Positions 20,338 through 29,285 of a stretch of DNA of 64,000 bases are shown here, piece after piece. The notes under the pieces were generated by a model that was not told the origin of the DNA, made no database searches, and saw only the letters and a list, made by a program, of their open reading frames with translations. The stretch lies in the IMG/VR virus record IMGVR_UViG_2675903516_000002, one strand, 5' to 3'. Position 1 is the stretch's first letter, and each line of letters starts with the position of its first letter. The DNA comes from an uncultured virus (IMG/VR IMGVR_UViG_2675903516_000002). Its lineage: Duplodnaviria; Heunggongvirae; Uroviricota; Caudoviricetes. The translations under genes were made by a program, and so were the position numbers.

Positions 20338-21303
20338 TTAAGCGGACTGTTGCCACTCCTTGCGCTCTTTACTCAGCCTTTCAACGATTCCAGAATTAAC
20401 GATCATGCCATCAATATCCAGAATCACCGGAATCTGGCTGCAGTAGCAGTGATAACGGTTGCCATCGCGGCTATACCATTCTCGCACCTCTTCAACAGTG
20501 CGCGTCTTGCCATGCCAGAAAGCATGAGATGTTCTTGTGGTTGCCTTCAGCGCTGATAGATGCAGAAGTGCTGTGTTCAGAGCTAATCGCTCTTTAGCCC
20601 ACTCTGTTTCCGCCCATTGAGCCTGACGCAATGCGCCCACCTGTTCAGTCTGGGCTATCCGCTTGGCGCTACTCATCGAGACATTAAGTCGCTTACTGAT
20701 GATCCCCGCAGTCTCGCGTGGATTTACGCCACGACCGATTGAGTCAGATATGATATTGGCTAGATCAGCCCTTGCAGCGTCAGAGACGCCCTTCCAGTCG
20801 CTGTAAGTCGATATGAAAGCGGCGGCGATCTGATTCTGGTAAGCAGGAGTCGATAGCAGCGCGGACAACGTAGTTTGTTGTGCGTAAACCTGCGACTGCA
20901 CTGATAAATTGGTGAATGCGTTTAACGTGCCTCGCTGGTACTCATCAGAAACGTATGAGAGCGCCCAAATGTCCTGACCTATGCCTTCGAGCAGATAGTC
21001 GTCCAGAATCGTCTGCACACGCTCCAGCAGGTCGGCGAGTTGCTGCGCTGTCATGTCATAGATGTACGCTGACGCATTTACCTGATAGATGGTGTCGCCA
21101 TGCACTGCGAATGAAGTCTGGGTGTTACCTTCTCTCACCCTGCCAGTCAGTCGCTCATCAAATAGCCGCTTCAAGGCGGTTTTAATGCCTAAGTAACGCT
21201 CCTCGATATCCCGATACATCTTGTTAACGGCGCGGTAAGACTGAGTAGGGTCGGCTTTATTGCGCGGTACTATCGGTGTCCCGATTCTGGTCGCTGTCGC
21301 CAT
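20338..21303 (-). CDS. Head morphogenesis protein (SPP1 gp7-like)
   Basis: AKRIAQTE, TTRTSHA, HCYCS motifs. Confidence 0.88.
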   Translation of the reverse strand: MATATRIGTPIVPRNKADPTQSYRAVNKMYRDIEERYLGIKTALKRLFDERLTGRVREGNTQTSFAVHGDTIYQVNASAYIYDMTAQQLADLLERVQTILDDYLLEGIGQDIWALSYVSDEYQRGTLNAFTNLSVQSQVYAQQTTLSALLSTPAYQNQIAAAFISTYSDWKGVSDAARADLANIISDSIGRGVNPRETAGIISKRLNVSMSSAKRIAQTEQVGALRQAQWAETEWAKERLALNTALLHLSALKATTRTSHAFWHGKTRTVEEVREWYSRDGNRYHCYCSQIPVILDIDGMIVNSGIVERLSKERKEWQQSA

Positions 21304-22714
21304 CTCCATTCAGCGGATCCTTATCGGTTAGTTTTGCGTTAGGGTCTGGTTCTTTTGGCTCTTTGATTGTCTCAAGTTCACCAGCAGCGCGGATTTCGTT
21401 AATCTCTACCGCTGGCGTTCCGTATGCCTGCTGAGTTTTCTGCGCGATATCTGCAAGCTTGCCCATGTTGTCGAGCTTCTCACTGTCGCCCGGGGCGAGT
21501 AAATCCGACCAATCGACGGTAATTTCTCCCGCCTTAGGCTGAGGAATTACACCAAGATCACTCCACCTCTGAACGACGGTAGTGATGATGTAAGACAGCC
21601 AACTGCTTCTTCGGGAATTGCATCGAGCCGCCCACGCCTTCTTGTCCTCCGTTGAAGCAAGGTTCCCCGTTTGCTTGCCGAAAAGAATGTTGAATGGGCA
21701 ACGGATAGTTGCAGCGTAGCTGTTGGCAGATACAGTCCATGATGGCGTTGGGTCAGCAGCGGCCACCGATAGAACTGAAGCCTGACCGGCCTGCATAACC
21801 AGAGCGGAATCAGTCCCCCTATTCATCCTCACAATCTTATCGTTCAGTGCATCGCCGAGGTCTTTGAAACCGGCATCGGTGGCTGCCTTCTTCAGTGTCG
21901 CCATGTCAGTTTCTTTATCGAACTCAATTCCAAGCTGACGACTGGCGTTTTTCAGGAACCCCTCTGCGCTGCCGCCTTTGGTTTTCTCAATATCCAGCAG
22001 ATCATTATATCCGGCCTCATTGAGAGGTTCACCGGAAAGCATGTTGTCGTCTTCAGAGCCCTCGGCGAGAATTATCACCCGGTCTGGGTGCACTGTGATA
22101 CTTCTAACATTGCCGTATGTTCCGTCATCACCGATGGGCTGCTCATTGAACGTGTAGTTAACTGGCTGACTGTAAGTATCTGACCGCGTGTCGATGTCAT
22201 AACTGCCAGGCTTAATCTGTGATTCCCATGCGGGGATCAGCTTAACTAAAGCGGCCTCGCCTAGCTTTGCAACCAGCGCCTTATCTACAGGCTCTGACCA
22301 GTCACGATTGTCTTTTATTTGCAGAATGATCGCCGAGTAATGCCCGACCATGTTACGGCGGTCTGCATCCTTGATTTTTTCCCAATACTTTTTAAGAAGC
22401 TTGGTTACCGTCTTTTCCCAAGGCGTTTCTTTTTTCTTCTTATCAGCGAGAGGGCCATCAATGATGATTGGCTTATCAACCCAGCAGGAATCCAGCGTTA
22501 CGTGTACACCGGCATATGCAGCTGAGTTTCTGCGGTAAGTCCTATAGAAAGTTGCGAAACTTACAGTGTCCGGGTATCCAAATTCATCCCATAATGTTGT
22601 GCGCTTGGTGTTCCCGTTAAACTGACCGGCGTATAAAGCACGCTGGCGACCCACCGCGACTTGGTCAGCGAGGGCATTCACGAGGAACTGAACCTCGTTA
22701 TTGGTATCACTCAC
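21257..22714 (-). CDS. Portal protein (DUF1073-like)
   Basis: Follows TerL; IHPDRVII-type motif, PFNILFGKQTGNLASTED. Confidence 0.85.
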   Translation of the reverse strand: MSDTNNEVQFLVNALADQVAVGRQRALYAGQFNGNTKRTTLWDEFGYPDTVSFATFYRTYRRNSAAYAGVHVTLDSCWVDKPIIIDGPLADKKKKETPWEKTVTKLLKKYWEKIKDADRRNMVGHYSAIILQIKDNRDWSEPVDKALVAKLGEAALVKLIPAWESQIKPGSYDIDTRSDTYSQPVNYTFNEQPIGDDGTYGNVRSITVHPDRVIILAEGSEDDNMLSGEPLNEAGYNDLLDIEKTKGGSAEGFLKNASRQLGIEFDKETDMATLKKAATDAGFKDLGDALNDKIVRMNRGTDSALVMQAGQASVLSVAAADPTPSWTVSANSYAATIRCPFNILFGKQTGNLASTEDKKAWAARCNSRRSSWLSYIITTVVQRWSDLGVIPQPKAGEITVDWSDLLAPGDSEKLDNMGKLADIAQKTQQAYGTPAVEINEIRAAGELETIKEPKEPDPNAKLTDKDPLNGDGDSDQNRDTDSTAQ

Positions 22715-22724
22715 TGATTGCTCC

Positions 22725-24197
22725 TTAGAAGAATACAGCGCCGACTTGCTTGTGGTTGTTCTTGGCTACGGCAAAGTAGCGGAACGCATCAGAGCCGTGA
22801 GATGTGTGGTCATGTAATGGCTTGTCTTTCCAGCAGCCGCACTTGTCATCCCATTCCTTCCTGTAACCTTCCAAATGAGTGATGCCTTCTGCGCACTTCT
22901 CATCGTCAAAGACACATTTAGGGAGGATTTCACGCACTGACTCAATGCCGGTATCAACGCCGGTTTTCGGAACCACTTTGAATGTCATGGAGTAAACCTG
23001 ACCGTCGATTTCGTAGCCTTCGCGAGCCAGCTCTTTACGGGATTTGGCATCAGAGCCGAATTCACGGTTCTCAATGTCGTGTGGCCCCCAGTGGTCACCA
23101 TACTCATATCCTCGGTCTTTCAGCACTTTCATGTAGTGCCGCAGACCTTCACCGGAGTTTTCGTAGTAGTCGATGACGTGGAACTCTTCACCAACCTCTC
23201 GCACGAACCAGATAGCAGTAGAGTCACCCACGCCGATATCCCAGAACGTGTGAACGGGAAGGTGTGCGTTATCAGGAATTGAGTCGATACGTTTGTTGGT
23301 GTAGAGCCAGCGGAACTGTTTGGCGTAATACGCGCCTTCCACTGATTGCTGGAATGCCTCAGACGGGATAGTTGGGTATTCCCGCTTCATGTCATCGCCG
23401 AGAGTCTTCTCTTTGGCGTAATACCAGGCTTTCTGGCGCTCGTTTAGATGAACGCCGTGCTTGGCTTCCATCTCTGCAAAGTAATCAACCAGGCGCTGAG
23501 GTAAAGCCTCAACCGGGTCAATTGCGTACTGCGGGTTTCGCCACCAGGTGAAGAAGAAGAACTTCCAATCGAGGTTAGAAAGTTTCTTTCCCTGAAGCTG
23601 TGCTTTTTCTGCTGTTTGGCAATAGTCGAAGAAGTAACCAGCGCGACCTTCCGCTGTACTTTCGATAGTGGTAAAGCAGTCAGTTGATACCGCTTCCAAT
23701 GCGCCAGTGACAATCTCACGCGCTTTGTCAGGATACTTGGCGCATATCTTACCGAACTCTGAAACATGCAGGTAACGCAGCGTACCGCCACGAAATGAGG
23801 TGCTGACGTAGAGTGAGCCGCCTTTGTTAAATACCAACTCGCCAGCGGAATCATTACTTGCCGGATTGGCTGCTTTGATTTCATCGGGCAACTTGTCGTA
23901 GGCGTATTTCACCTTTTCGCGAAACAGACGCCTGGCGTCATTCAGTGTGTGGGCAATCAGGGCACATTTGGCCGATTCGAACAGCGCGGCATCTAACTGA
24001 ATAATGCAAACCTCAGTCGTGAAGCCAAGCTGACGAGCTTTAAGAATGATATTACGAGTATGGATACCTTCGAAGTATTCGCGCTGCTCAGGCGTCATCC
24101 TGAAGCGTATCGGCTTACCTTCTTTGTCGGTGATCCAGTAAAGATTATTCAGCCGCCAGTCTTTATCTGCCAGCAGCTTGAGGTGCTCAGGTCTCAT
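22725..24197 (-). CDS. terL: Terminase large subunit
   Basis: LKARQLGFTT Walker A, LHVSE, ESTAEG, WDIGVGD, HGSDAFRY. Confidence 0.95.
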   Translation of the reverse strand: MRPEHLKLLADKDWRLNNLYWITDKEGKPIRFRMTPEQREYFEGIHTRNIILKARQLGFTTEVCIIQLDAALFESAKCALIAHTLNDARRLFREKVKYAYDKLPDEIKAANPASNDSAGELVFNKGGSLYVSTSFRGGTLRYLHVSEFGKICAKYPDKAREIVTGALEAVSTDCFTTIESTAEGRAGYFFDYCQTAEKAQLQGKKLSNLDWKFFFFTWWRNPQYAIDPVEALPQRLVDYFAEMEAKHGVHLNERQKAWYYAKEKTLGDDMKREYPTIPSEAFQQSVEGAYYAKQFRWLYTNKRIDSIPDNAHLPVHTFWDIGVGDSTAIWFVREVGEEFHVIDYYENSGEGLRHYMKVLKDRGYEYGDHWGPHDIENREFGSDAKSRKELAREGYEIDGQVYSMTFKVVPKTGVDTGIESVREILPKCVFDDEKCAEGITHLEGYRKEWDDKCGCWKDKPLHDHTSHGSDAFRYFAVAKNNHKQVGAVFF

Positions 24198-24799
24198 TAT
24201 GCCCCCTGAGACAATGAATCCATCAGGTCAGAAAGTTTCTTAACAGAGTTGTCGCCTTCCGGCCCGTCGATGTCGTATGCCTGACGCTCAAGTCCGATGA
24301 GGTTCTTCAATGCATCGCTAAGCGCCTTAACCGACTTAACCCGATCCGGCATGCTGATGACCTTATGATAAATCTCATTCAGGCGATCCTGTCCCTTATC
24401 GTCTGGGTTGAACATTAACTCACCGAGCTTTTCCAGAGTAGCGACATCAGCACACTCAGCTCCAAGCTCATCAAATAGAGCGTTGGTGATTGCCCTAGCA
24501 CGACGAATATCGCCACGATGCTCCATGCGAACGTTGGCAATGACTTCTGCGTTAGCCTCAATCAGTATCCGCTCGTTGGTAGCCGTTTCAGTGGATACCT
24601 TGCTGGATACCTCGCGTTTGGATACCAGCGCATCTGCCTTGGCTTTTATCTTCGCCTTGAGGTCACGCTCCCAGCCGTCACGCTTTGCTCGCTTGTTAAT
24701 AGCGCCGTGAGTGATGCCGTGTTGTGATGCTATTTCTCGGATAGACATCAAGCCAGCTCGGTACGCCGATTCGATGGCCTCCCAATCTGGTTTGGTCAT
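24197..24799 (-). CDS. terS: Terminase small subunit
   Basis: PDWEAIESAYRAG...HTH...GWER; precedes TerL. Confidence 0.88.
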   Translation of the reverse strand: MTKPDWEAIESAYRAGLMSIREIASQHGITHGAINKRAKRDGWERDLKAKIKAKADALVSKREVSSKVSTETATNERILIEANAEVIANVRMEHRGDIRRARAITNALFDELGAECADVATLEKLGELMFNPDDKGQDRLNEIYHKVISMPDRVKSVKALSDALKNLIGLERQAYDIDGPEGDNSVKKLSDLMDSLSQGA

Positions 24800-24911
24800 T
24801 CGCTATTCCTTTTGTCGTTATAAATCTTTGTGAAGCGCCATTATGGTGAAGCTTGGCAGAGTTTTATAAATAGCATCCAATAAAAAACCGCTCGGAGGCG
24901 GCTTGTGATGA

Positions 24912-25196
24912 TTACCTGACGCAGTATCTAATGCTGTACAACACACTTGGTCCGAAGCTCACTATCAGTGATGCGAGGATCCCGCAGATACTGGAAATGC
25001 GAATACCGGGAGCCGTTAAATAGTCAAACAAAGGAGTCCCGAAAATAGCGGCGTACTGTAGAGCGGTGAAAGCAAGAATAAGTACCAAAAAAAGCAGCGC
25101 ACTTTTCAGCGTGAAGAATATCCATTCTCTTATCCCGAGTCCGATATACCCATTGCGTCTAAACGCCCCTTTGTAGTCCCTTATGAACTTTGCCAT
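24912..25196 (-). CDS. Small membrane protein between lysis and packaging genes
   Basis: Two hydrophobic segments; downstream hairpin. Confidence 0.55.
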   Translation of the reverse strand: MAKFIRDYKGAFRRNGYIGLGIREWIFFTLKSALLFLVLILAFTALQYAAIFGTPLFDYLTAPGIRISSICGILASLIVSFGPSVLYSIRYCVR

Positions 25197-25297
25197 GCCT
25201 TGCAACCTTGAGCTTAAATCGTTCCTTATCATTGCATAGATTGTCTGTTATTGGGTATCTACTGAGAGCCGTTGTGGCAGTGCTTCCCAATTTGCAA

Positions 25298-25558
25298 TCA
25301 TGTTTTCCTCCCAACGTTCTGGCGCCAGTCAATAACCTCATCAAGCCGACCTTTGCAGATTCGTAGTTCCCGCTTTAGTTCCATCGCGTACAACCCGCCA
25401 TCTCCCCATGTAGTACCGGTAAATTCTGGAACCTCACAAGGGGTAAGCGCTGACTCTGCGGGTAATAATAGGGCTGGTTCGGTAATGGGTGGTTTAACGG
25501 GATTATTCACGCATGACGTTAATGACATCACCAGGCATAGGCTTGATAGCACAATCAT
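25298..25558 (-). CDS. Outer-membrane spanin (Rz1-like)
   Basis: Lipobox LTSC, Pro-rich, overlaps Rz-like gene. Confidence 0.85.
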   Translation of the reverse strand: MIVLSSLCLVMSLTSCVNNPVKPPITEPALLLPAESALTPCEVPEFTGTTWGDGGLYAMELKRELRICKGRLDEVIDWRQNVGRKT

Positions 25559-25835
25559 CACTCGCCGCTGCTGCTTTAAACCGTGCAACCTGTAATTCAC
25601 TTTCATTGCGTAGTTTCCTTTCGTTCTCAAGCTGACGGGTTGTGGCTGCTCGGTTGGCGGCTTCATTCACCTGGTATGCATCGATGATGTTGCCCAGTGC
25701 TGTGTTTGTGGCTTGCTCATCACTCAGCGCTTTTTCCGCTTTTTGGATATCATTTGAGAGGCGATAACTGTTAAAGAACAGAGCCGACGCAATAACCACC
25801 AGCACAGCAATGACTAATCCAATGGCCTTATTCAT
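25503..25835 (-). CDS. Inner-membrane spanin (Rz-like)
   Basis: N-terminal TM plus coiled coil. Confidence 0.85.
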   Translation of the reverse strand: MNKAIGLVIAVLVVIASALFFNSYRLSNDIQKAEKALSDEQATNTALGNIIDAYQVNEAANRAATTRQLENERKLRNESELQVARFKAAAASDDCAIKPMPGDVINVMRE

Positions 25836-26361
25836 CCAGCCCCCAGCACGTCAGTTCGCTTTCTTGCGCACGGCGTTCTATCTGCCCGTAACAGTTGTTG
25901 GAGCGAATGCGGCAATCTTTCCCGCCGTCCCTGATCCAGCGCTTGATCTCAGCACATGCGCCTTTACGGTCGCCAGCGTTGAGTTTGTAATAAAACGTAG
26001 ATGGTAGGCATTTGGCAGGGCCAATGTTGTAAGGACAGAATGAAGCTATACCGGCTTTCTGTGGTTCTGTCAGTGGAACGTGAACATTCCGTTCAACCCA
26101 GGCTATGGCAGCGGCTGATTCTTTCTGGTTTAACTTGTCGCATTGAGCGGCGGTAAGTCTCATCCCCATCAGCACTGGTTTGCCGTCGATATAAGTAATA
26201 CCACGGCAAATAGTCGGCTTTCCTTGCCCATCCCGATAAGCTGAAAGGCGATTCCCCTCTCTCTCATCAAGGTAGTGATCAAGAATTATCGATGCCGGTG
26301 CGCCAGCTAGCACAACACCCAGAACGGTAGCGCTGAGCTTGCTCTTTGTTGATATCGACAT
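25828..26361 (-). CDS. SAR endolysin (T4-lysozyme-like muramidase)
   Basis: Weakly hydrophobic Gly/Ala N-terminus then E-8-D-5-T catalytic pattern (REGNRLSAYRDGQGKPT). Confidence 0.9.
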   Translation of the reverse strand: MSISTKSKLSATVLGVVLAGAPASIILDHYLDEREGNRLSAYRDGQGKPTICRGITYIDGKPVLMGMRLTAAQCDKLNQKESAAAIAWVERNVHVPLTEPQKAGIASFCPYNIGPAKCLPSTFYYKLNAGDRKGACAEIKRWIRDGGKDCRIRSNNCYGQIERRAQESELTCWGLDE

Positions 26362-26627
26362 TAACGATCCTCCGACATCAATATGTGCATCTCTTCATCT
26401 GTCAGGTTTTTGTTTTTCCGATTAAGGTACTCTCTGAGGAGTTTTTGCCGCTGGCACTTAAACCACACGCCAGAAGCGCACCCGATTATCGTGGTGATGA
26501 TGCCAACGATAATGCCTAAAATCATCCATTCGCTCGGGGCAAGGTAGTTAATCAAACTAAATAAAACTGAGCCGATACCGCCGCCATAAGTGGCATTGTC
26601 TGCAATCCTCTCCTGCATGTTTTTCAT
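26361..26627 (-). CDS. Holin with dual-start motif (Met-Lys-Asn-Met)
   Basis: Two TM segments, precedes endolysin. Confidence 0.85.
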   Translation of the reverse strand: MKNMQERIADNATYGGGIGSVLFSLINYLAPSEWMILGIIVGIITTIIGCASGVWFKCQRQKLLREYLNRKNKNLTDEEMHILMSEDR

Positions 26628-26689
26628 CCTCACCCCCCGGTACCGGTTGGCATAAAAAAGGCCACGCAAAAGCGCAGCCTGAAAAAGTA

Positions 26690-26890
26690 TCGCCACTTCT
26701 CGCAGTGGCCACGCTCATGCCCTTGAGTCTCTGCCGCCTTAAGCCGCTAATAACCGGTGTTAGTGTGGCTTGCTAACTGCTTTACCGGTGCGATTTCTCC
26801 CATTAACCCTCACCAGTTCGCCCCCAGCTTTTTACCTGAGACTGGCTACCCGCAACTTTGGGTATTCGGGGTCGCATCATGACTGCGACA
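26690..26890 (-). ncRNA. Candidate structured RNA in late leader
   Basis: At least five stems in a non-coding gap between tR' and holin. Confidence 0.45.
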
Positions 26891-26977
26891 TATACGTGCG
26901 GCCTAACCGTTTTGCTACAGCATTTTCCTATCCTCCAGAAATGACAAAGCCCCACCGATTGGTGAGGCCAAAAATAG

Positions 26978-27008
26978 AAAAACCCGCACAGATGGCGGGT
27001 TTCTTTTA
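26978..27008 (-). terminator. tR'-like intrinsic terminator
   Basis: aaaacccgc-loop-gcgggtttt hairpin with T tracts. Confidence 0.75.
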
Positions 27009-27050
27009 ATTTCGTCGCTTGCGTGTATAGCTCCGCGAGCTTATGTCTAA

Positions 27051-27078
27051 ATCATATATTTTTTGTTCAAATAGTCAA
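27051..27078 (-). promoter_or_regulatory. pR'-like late promoter
   Basis: TTGACT-16-TATGAT at the end of the Q-like gene. Confidence 0.6.
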
Positions 27079-27639
27079 AGTTTTTTTCTCGAATCTTTTT
27101 ATGTCTTTATCAAAAGCGTCGCTCATGGGGCGATAAAGCATGTATTCGGCGGTATTAATCCATACATCAATACGGCGGCGGCACGTTGAAATTGATAGGT
27201 CTGGGTGCGCTTCCTGCATTTCTTCTGCCATCGTGTAGCGTTTCTTTTTAAAAATATAATGCTGTTGCAGTATACCAATTAACCCAGGGGTTGATTGTAG
27301 AACCAAGCCAACAACCGAATCCATTAGTAACCCCTCATCATCAGTGCAATAGATTAGATTACTGTGGGCCTTGGGGTTGTTAAGGTCTCCAAATATCTCG
27401 AACAGCTCCTCTCTGGATAAGCCTGATTTTCTCAGTTGGCTAATAGCTGCTTTTAATGCGGCTTTAGTTATTTGTTGTTTAGCCAATAATCGGGAGAATA
27501 CCCCCTGAGCACCACCCGTTTTTGCTATGCGAGACCAGCGCCCCCACATCTTCAGTTTACCCTTGAGCCAAATAAGCTCTAACGTATTTAAGTGTAACTC
27601 GTTGCCATCAGCCTTACCGCACGTCGTTGGATAAATCAT
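27067..27639 (-). CDS. Late antiterminator Q-like (DUF1133 family)
   Basis: WLKGKLKMWGRWS motif; position before pR' and lysis genes. Confidence 0.8.
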   Translation of the reverse strand: MIYPTTCGKADGNELHLNTLELIWLKGKLKMWGRWSRIAKTGGAQGVFSRLLAKQQITKAALKAAISQLRKSGLSREELFEIFGDLNNPKAHSNLIYCTDDEGLLMDSVVGLVLQSTPGLIGILQQHYIFKKKRYTMAEEMQEAHPDLSISTCRRRIDVWINTAEYMLYRPMSDAFDKDIKRFEKKTLTI

Positions 27640-27920
27640 AATTTTCCTTCCTTTCTCAATATATTCTGTGTGCGCATAACGCCCTCGGCGTGATATAGGC
27701 GTGCCGTGTCGCCATCAATTAAACGAGTGCGCCGGTCACATTCGTCATGGCATGCACTACATCCCCACGCGGCCTGTTCATCAGAGGGTTTAATTCCGGT
27801 ACCGCAGGTTCCTGCCAGCCGATAATGAGTCAGCACCACTGTTTCAGGGTTACCATTGCACACACCAGGAATACGGACCTGGCATTCACGGCCCTTTGCC
27901 TCTTTGCGTAAATTAGCCAT
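27636..27920 (-). CDS. DUF1364/YbcO-like nuclease-fold protein
   Basis: GRECQVRIPGVCNGNPETVVLTH...CSACHD. Confidence 0.88.
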   Translation of the reverse strand: MANLRKEAKGRECQVRIPGVCNGNPETVVLTHYRLAGTCGTGIKPSDEQAAWGCSACHDECDRRTRLIDGDTARLYHAEGVMRTQNILRKEGKL

Positions 27921-27928
27921 GATTGCTC

Positions 27929-28522
27929 CTAAGCTGCGTAGCTCATTAATTGACTGGCGGCGTTCTCCGCCTCGGATGGATGACTGAATGATTTACTGAG
28001 AATGAAAGTCCACAGAACATTCAGCACTGATTTGTATAAATCGTTGAATTCCAGCTCGTCCATTTTTGCGAATGAAATAGAACGGGGCTCACGCAGCGTT
28101 GAGCCGTCCGGTAATTCGAACAGATCATAATGTCCTGACTCGACAGTCACCCAACGGCGGAAAGCATGGAATGATTTTGCTGTAGATAAGTTCGCCGCTC
28201 GTTTACCGGCCACCAGCGCCAGATAATCGTCAGCTATTTCATGAAGTACGCCCTCATTCCCCACATAGGAAATAAGTTGGCTTACATAGCCGCGCAGGAA
28301 TTTTACTTCGAATGGTGATATCGCCCCACCCTTTGGCTCCCAATATTCAAAGCCAAGGTTGAGTAACGAGAAGAATTTACGGTGAAACGGCGCATTACGC
28401 ACACGTTTAAATTCGCCAGTGACAATAGTCCCCAGCTTGGTATTTTTGACAAAATCCTCAGCATCCGGCGTGGCCGGTACCAAGATCCCACCTGTTGATT
28501 TGGTAAAACTATACTGTGCCAT
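27929..28522 (-). CDS. DUF1367 family protein
   Basis: RNAPFHRKFFSLL...PRSISFAKMDE. Confidence 0.88.
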   Translation of the reverse strand: MAQYSFTKSTGGILVPATPDAEDFVKNTKLGTIVTGEFKRVRNAPFHRKFFSLLNLGFEYWEPKGGAISPFEVKFLRGYVSQLISYVGNEGVLHEIADDYLALVAGKRAANLSTAKSFHAFRRWVTVESGHYDLFELPDGSTLREPRSISFAKMDELEFNDLYKSVLNVLWTFILSKSFSHPSEAENAASQLMSYAA

Positions 28523-28625
28523 TTCCGCCCCCGGATGTATGGCACAGCAGCACGATATTTAGGTTGCCAGTTGTTCAGGCTGGCGATAATGATTATATCA
28601 GCTAATTAGACTCATCAAACATTAA

Positions 28626-28889
28626 TCATAAATTAATCTTGATGTTATTTGCACCTGCGGCGATTTTTATAAAATAATTTATCAATTTTAAGTCCATCCA
28701 GTTCTTTTCGGATAATTGAATAACATGGCTTAAAATTGCCTCATGTGTCGAACATGAAGACAAAGGTATCTGATATGGATAGTCAACATTCAATGTAATG
28801 TAATCTCCATCCACATATATCTGTTTTTGAAGACGCTGAAAATCTTCAATAATCTTTTTTTTCATATTCTCATTATCCGCAAACTTCAT
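28626..28889 (-). CDS. AT-rich hypothetical protein
   Basis: 87 aa with GGAG RBS. Confidence 0.6.
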   Translation of the reverse strand: MKFADNENMKKKIIEDFQRLQKQIYVDGDYITLNVDYPYQIPLSSCSTHEAILSHVIQLSEKNWMDLKLINYFIKIAAGANNIKINL

Positions 28890-28931
28890 TCTTTATCTCC
28901 ATTTATTATAGTTATGTGACATGTCGCATCA

Positions 28932-29285
28932 CTATATAGTTAATTTAGTCTCATGCCAGCCAAGAGTTTGCCAGCATTCACTTTCACCTATAAATGCACA
29001 GCCCTGACTATCACCAGGTAGGGCATCGCCACATTTACCGCACTTGCGCCCAGCTTGCTCTTTGAGCTGCGCCTGTAGCTCTGCGTTATCTTTGCGTATC
29101 AACATAGTTATGTACTCGTCCATGTCATACGGCTCGCGCTGCGGCCGACGCAAGGCGCAGTTCTGCTGTAACATTTCCTTTTCTTGCTGGTCTATCGTCG
29201 CTATTAATTTATAACTGCCGTTCTCACGTTCTTTTTGCCGTTGTAGGCGTTTACGGGCCGTAGCCCGTTCCTTGGTGTCAGTCAT
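28932..29285 (-). CDS. Cys-rich putative DNA-binding protein, homolog of 51374-51733
   Basis: Basic N-terminus, YDMDEYITMLIRKDN, CGKCGDALPG...C...CWQT. Confidence 0.8.
   Translation of the reverse strand: MTDTKERATARKRLQRQKERENGSYKLIATIDQQEKEMLQQNCALRRPQREPYDMDEYITMLIRKDNAELQAQLKEQAGRKCGKCGDALPGDSQGCAFIGESECWQTLGWHETKLTI

Noticed and set aside
23707..23719. matS-like GTGACAATCTCAC
   Set aside because: One mismatch, single copy, inside conserved terL coding sequence
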